In this document: one piece after another, positions 62,750 to 64,000 of the stretch | How the letters are laid out: every line of letters starts with the position of its first letter | Numbering within the stretch: position 1 is the first letter of the stretch | The notes under the pieces: model-generated | The model's database searches: none | What the model was told of the DNA's origin: nothing | Seen by the model: only the letters and a program-made list of their open reading frames with translations | Source: a virus | Length of the DNA stretch: 64,000 nucleotides | IMG/VR virus record: IMGVR_UViG_3300035698_019747 | Coordinates: 88,403-152,402 of that record | Strand: one strand, 5' to 3' | Translations under genes and position numbers: made by a program

Positions 62750-63322
62750 TTATTGTATATTCATATATTTTTTAACTTCAAGTATCATCAATCTTGTAAT
62801 TACATCAGAAGGTGATAACCTATCTATATTTTTAATATCTACTGATACTGTCTTAGATAACGCTTCTGTTTCTGAACCATCACCAGAAGCTATTACCTCA
62901 TCATAGTCATATAATGAAAGAGGTAATATACATAAATGGAATCTTGATGTATGTCCCTTACTTTTATAAAATGTATCGAAAATTTCAATTTTAACACTAT
63001 CTCGTAATAAAAGACCAGCCTCTTCTCGTAATTCCCTTATAACACAGTTTTCTGGCTTCTCGCCTTCTTCAATAGTTCCACTTATACATGTTAAATGAAA
63101 CTCTTGCCCATCTTTATATTCAAATGGTGGAATAACCTCCATACGAAGAAATATTTTATTCTCCTTAACAAAAATTGGAATAATACACACACTATCATTT
63201 TCATCAATAAACTCCCAACTATTATAAGATATAGATTTCCAAAAGTTAGTTTCATAAGTTACCTTACCCTTAGTGTCTTCACTACTCTCTTTTTTATTCT
63301 GTATTTTACTAAATTTTTCCAT
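62750..63322 (-). CDS. Nudix hydrolase
   Basis: GTIEEGEKPENCVIRELREEAGL Nudix box. Confidence 0.9.
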   Translation of the reverse strand: MEKFSKIQNKKESSEDTKGKVTYETNFWKSISYNSWEFIDENDSVCIIPIFVKENKIFLRMEVIPPFEYKDGQEFHLTCISGTIEEGEKPENCVIRELREEAGLLLRDSVKIEIFDTFYKSKGHTSRFHLCILPLSLYDYDEVIASGDGSETEALSKTVSVDIKNIDRLSPSDVITRLMILEVKKYMNIQ

Positions 63323-63328
63323 TATTTA

Positions 63329-63733
63329 TTATTTTAATTTTGCTAAATTATTAATATTAGCTGATATGTTATCAAAGCTATCAATTGTTTGACTCATATA
63401 TGTTAAAGATAGATTACATAAATTCATCATTCCCTGATTCTCAATCATGTGGTCATCCATTACTTCTAGGTAATCACCTTCAATAGTTTCCATAAATGTG
63501 CGTATTTTCTCATCTTTAATGAGTAATTTTTCTAATATTATATTAATTTCCCCCATAGAAGTTTCAATATCAGATATAATAGATATAAACTCACTTGTTT
63601 CACTTATCTTTTCAGCTACTATACGTGATATCTGTTTTATATCGAGTTCGTAGTCGTGACCATTTAAATTTATTTCATCTTCTTGGAATTTATCATCCTC
63701 AAATAACTGTTTGAATTTCTTTATTTTCTTCAT
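63329..63733 (-). CDS. hypothetical late protein
   Basis: MKKIKKFKQLFE N-terminus; starts 4 nt after TTAATATATA. Confidence 0.65.
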   Translation of the reverse strand: MKKIKKFKQLFEDDKFQEDEINLNGHDYELDIKQISRIVAEKISETSEFISIISDIETSMGEINIILEKLLIKDEKIRTFMETIEGDYLEVMDDHMIENQGMMNLCNLSLTYMSQTIDSFDNISANINNLAKLK

Positions 63734-63743
63734 ATAGTATATA

Positions 63744-63998
63744 TTAAATCATTGATTTGTATTTATCATAATCTTCTTTAGATAAAGAAGATTTAACTCT
63801 TTTATCTTGTAATAACAGTTTAACTATTTCAATGTGTCTATGAAGAGATGCCCATTTAAGAGCATAATTATCCTTAGCACTAGGGTCAACTCTATTATCC
63901 TTTAATAATAGTTTAACTGTTTCAATATGTCCCTTATCAGATGCCCATCTAATAGCATAATTATTATCAATACTTGGGTCAACTCTATTATCCTTTAA
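63744..63998 (-). CDS. ankyrin-repeat protein, C-terminal part (runs off the window)
   Basis: LKDNRVDPSIDNNYAIRWASDKGHIETVKLLLKDNRVDPSAKDNYALKWASLHRHIEIVKLLL. Confidence 0.85.
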   Translation of the reverse strand, partial: LKDNRVDPSIDNNYAIRWASDKGHIETVKLLLKDNRVDPSAKDNYALKWASLHRHIEIVKLLLQDKRVKSSLSKEDYDKYKSMI

Positions 63999-64000
63999 TA

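Overview
Very AT-rich, densely coding fragment of a large (jumbo/mega) tailed phage genome. The host is most likely a Bacteroidota: host-type TAnnTTTG -7 promoters recur and one gene encodes a T9SS C-terminal sorting domain. The window holds virion genes (tail-tube-like protein, a 3072-aa repeat protein), a gp32-like SSB, lysis enzymes, ClpP, many accessory enzymes (KptA/Tpt1, Thg1, HAD, NADAR, Nudix, Fic, ART-like, GMD, patatin, WYL), seven tRNAs plus one aberrant tRNA-like gene, a compact RNase P RNA and a cas-less 27-repeat CRISPR array. Top finding: each of the two tRNA operons sits behind an unannotated leader-peptide transcription attenuator. The leader's run of codons matches the tRNAs downstream (TTA-Leu and ATT/ATC-Ile before tRNA-Leu(UAA) and tRNA-Ile(GAU); Gln/Trp/Pro before tRNA-Gln, three tRNA-Pro and tRNA-Trp), and terminator/antiterminator pairings are visible in the sequence. 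This suggests an on-demand tRNA-replenishment circuit. All assignments are by eye; no database searches or folding programs were run.
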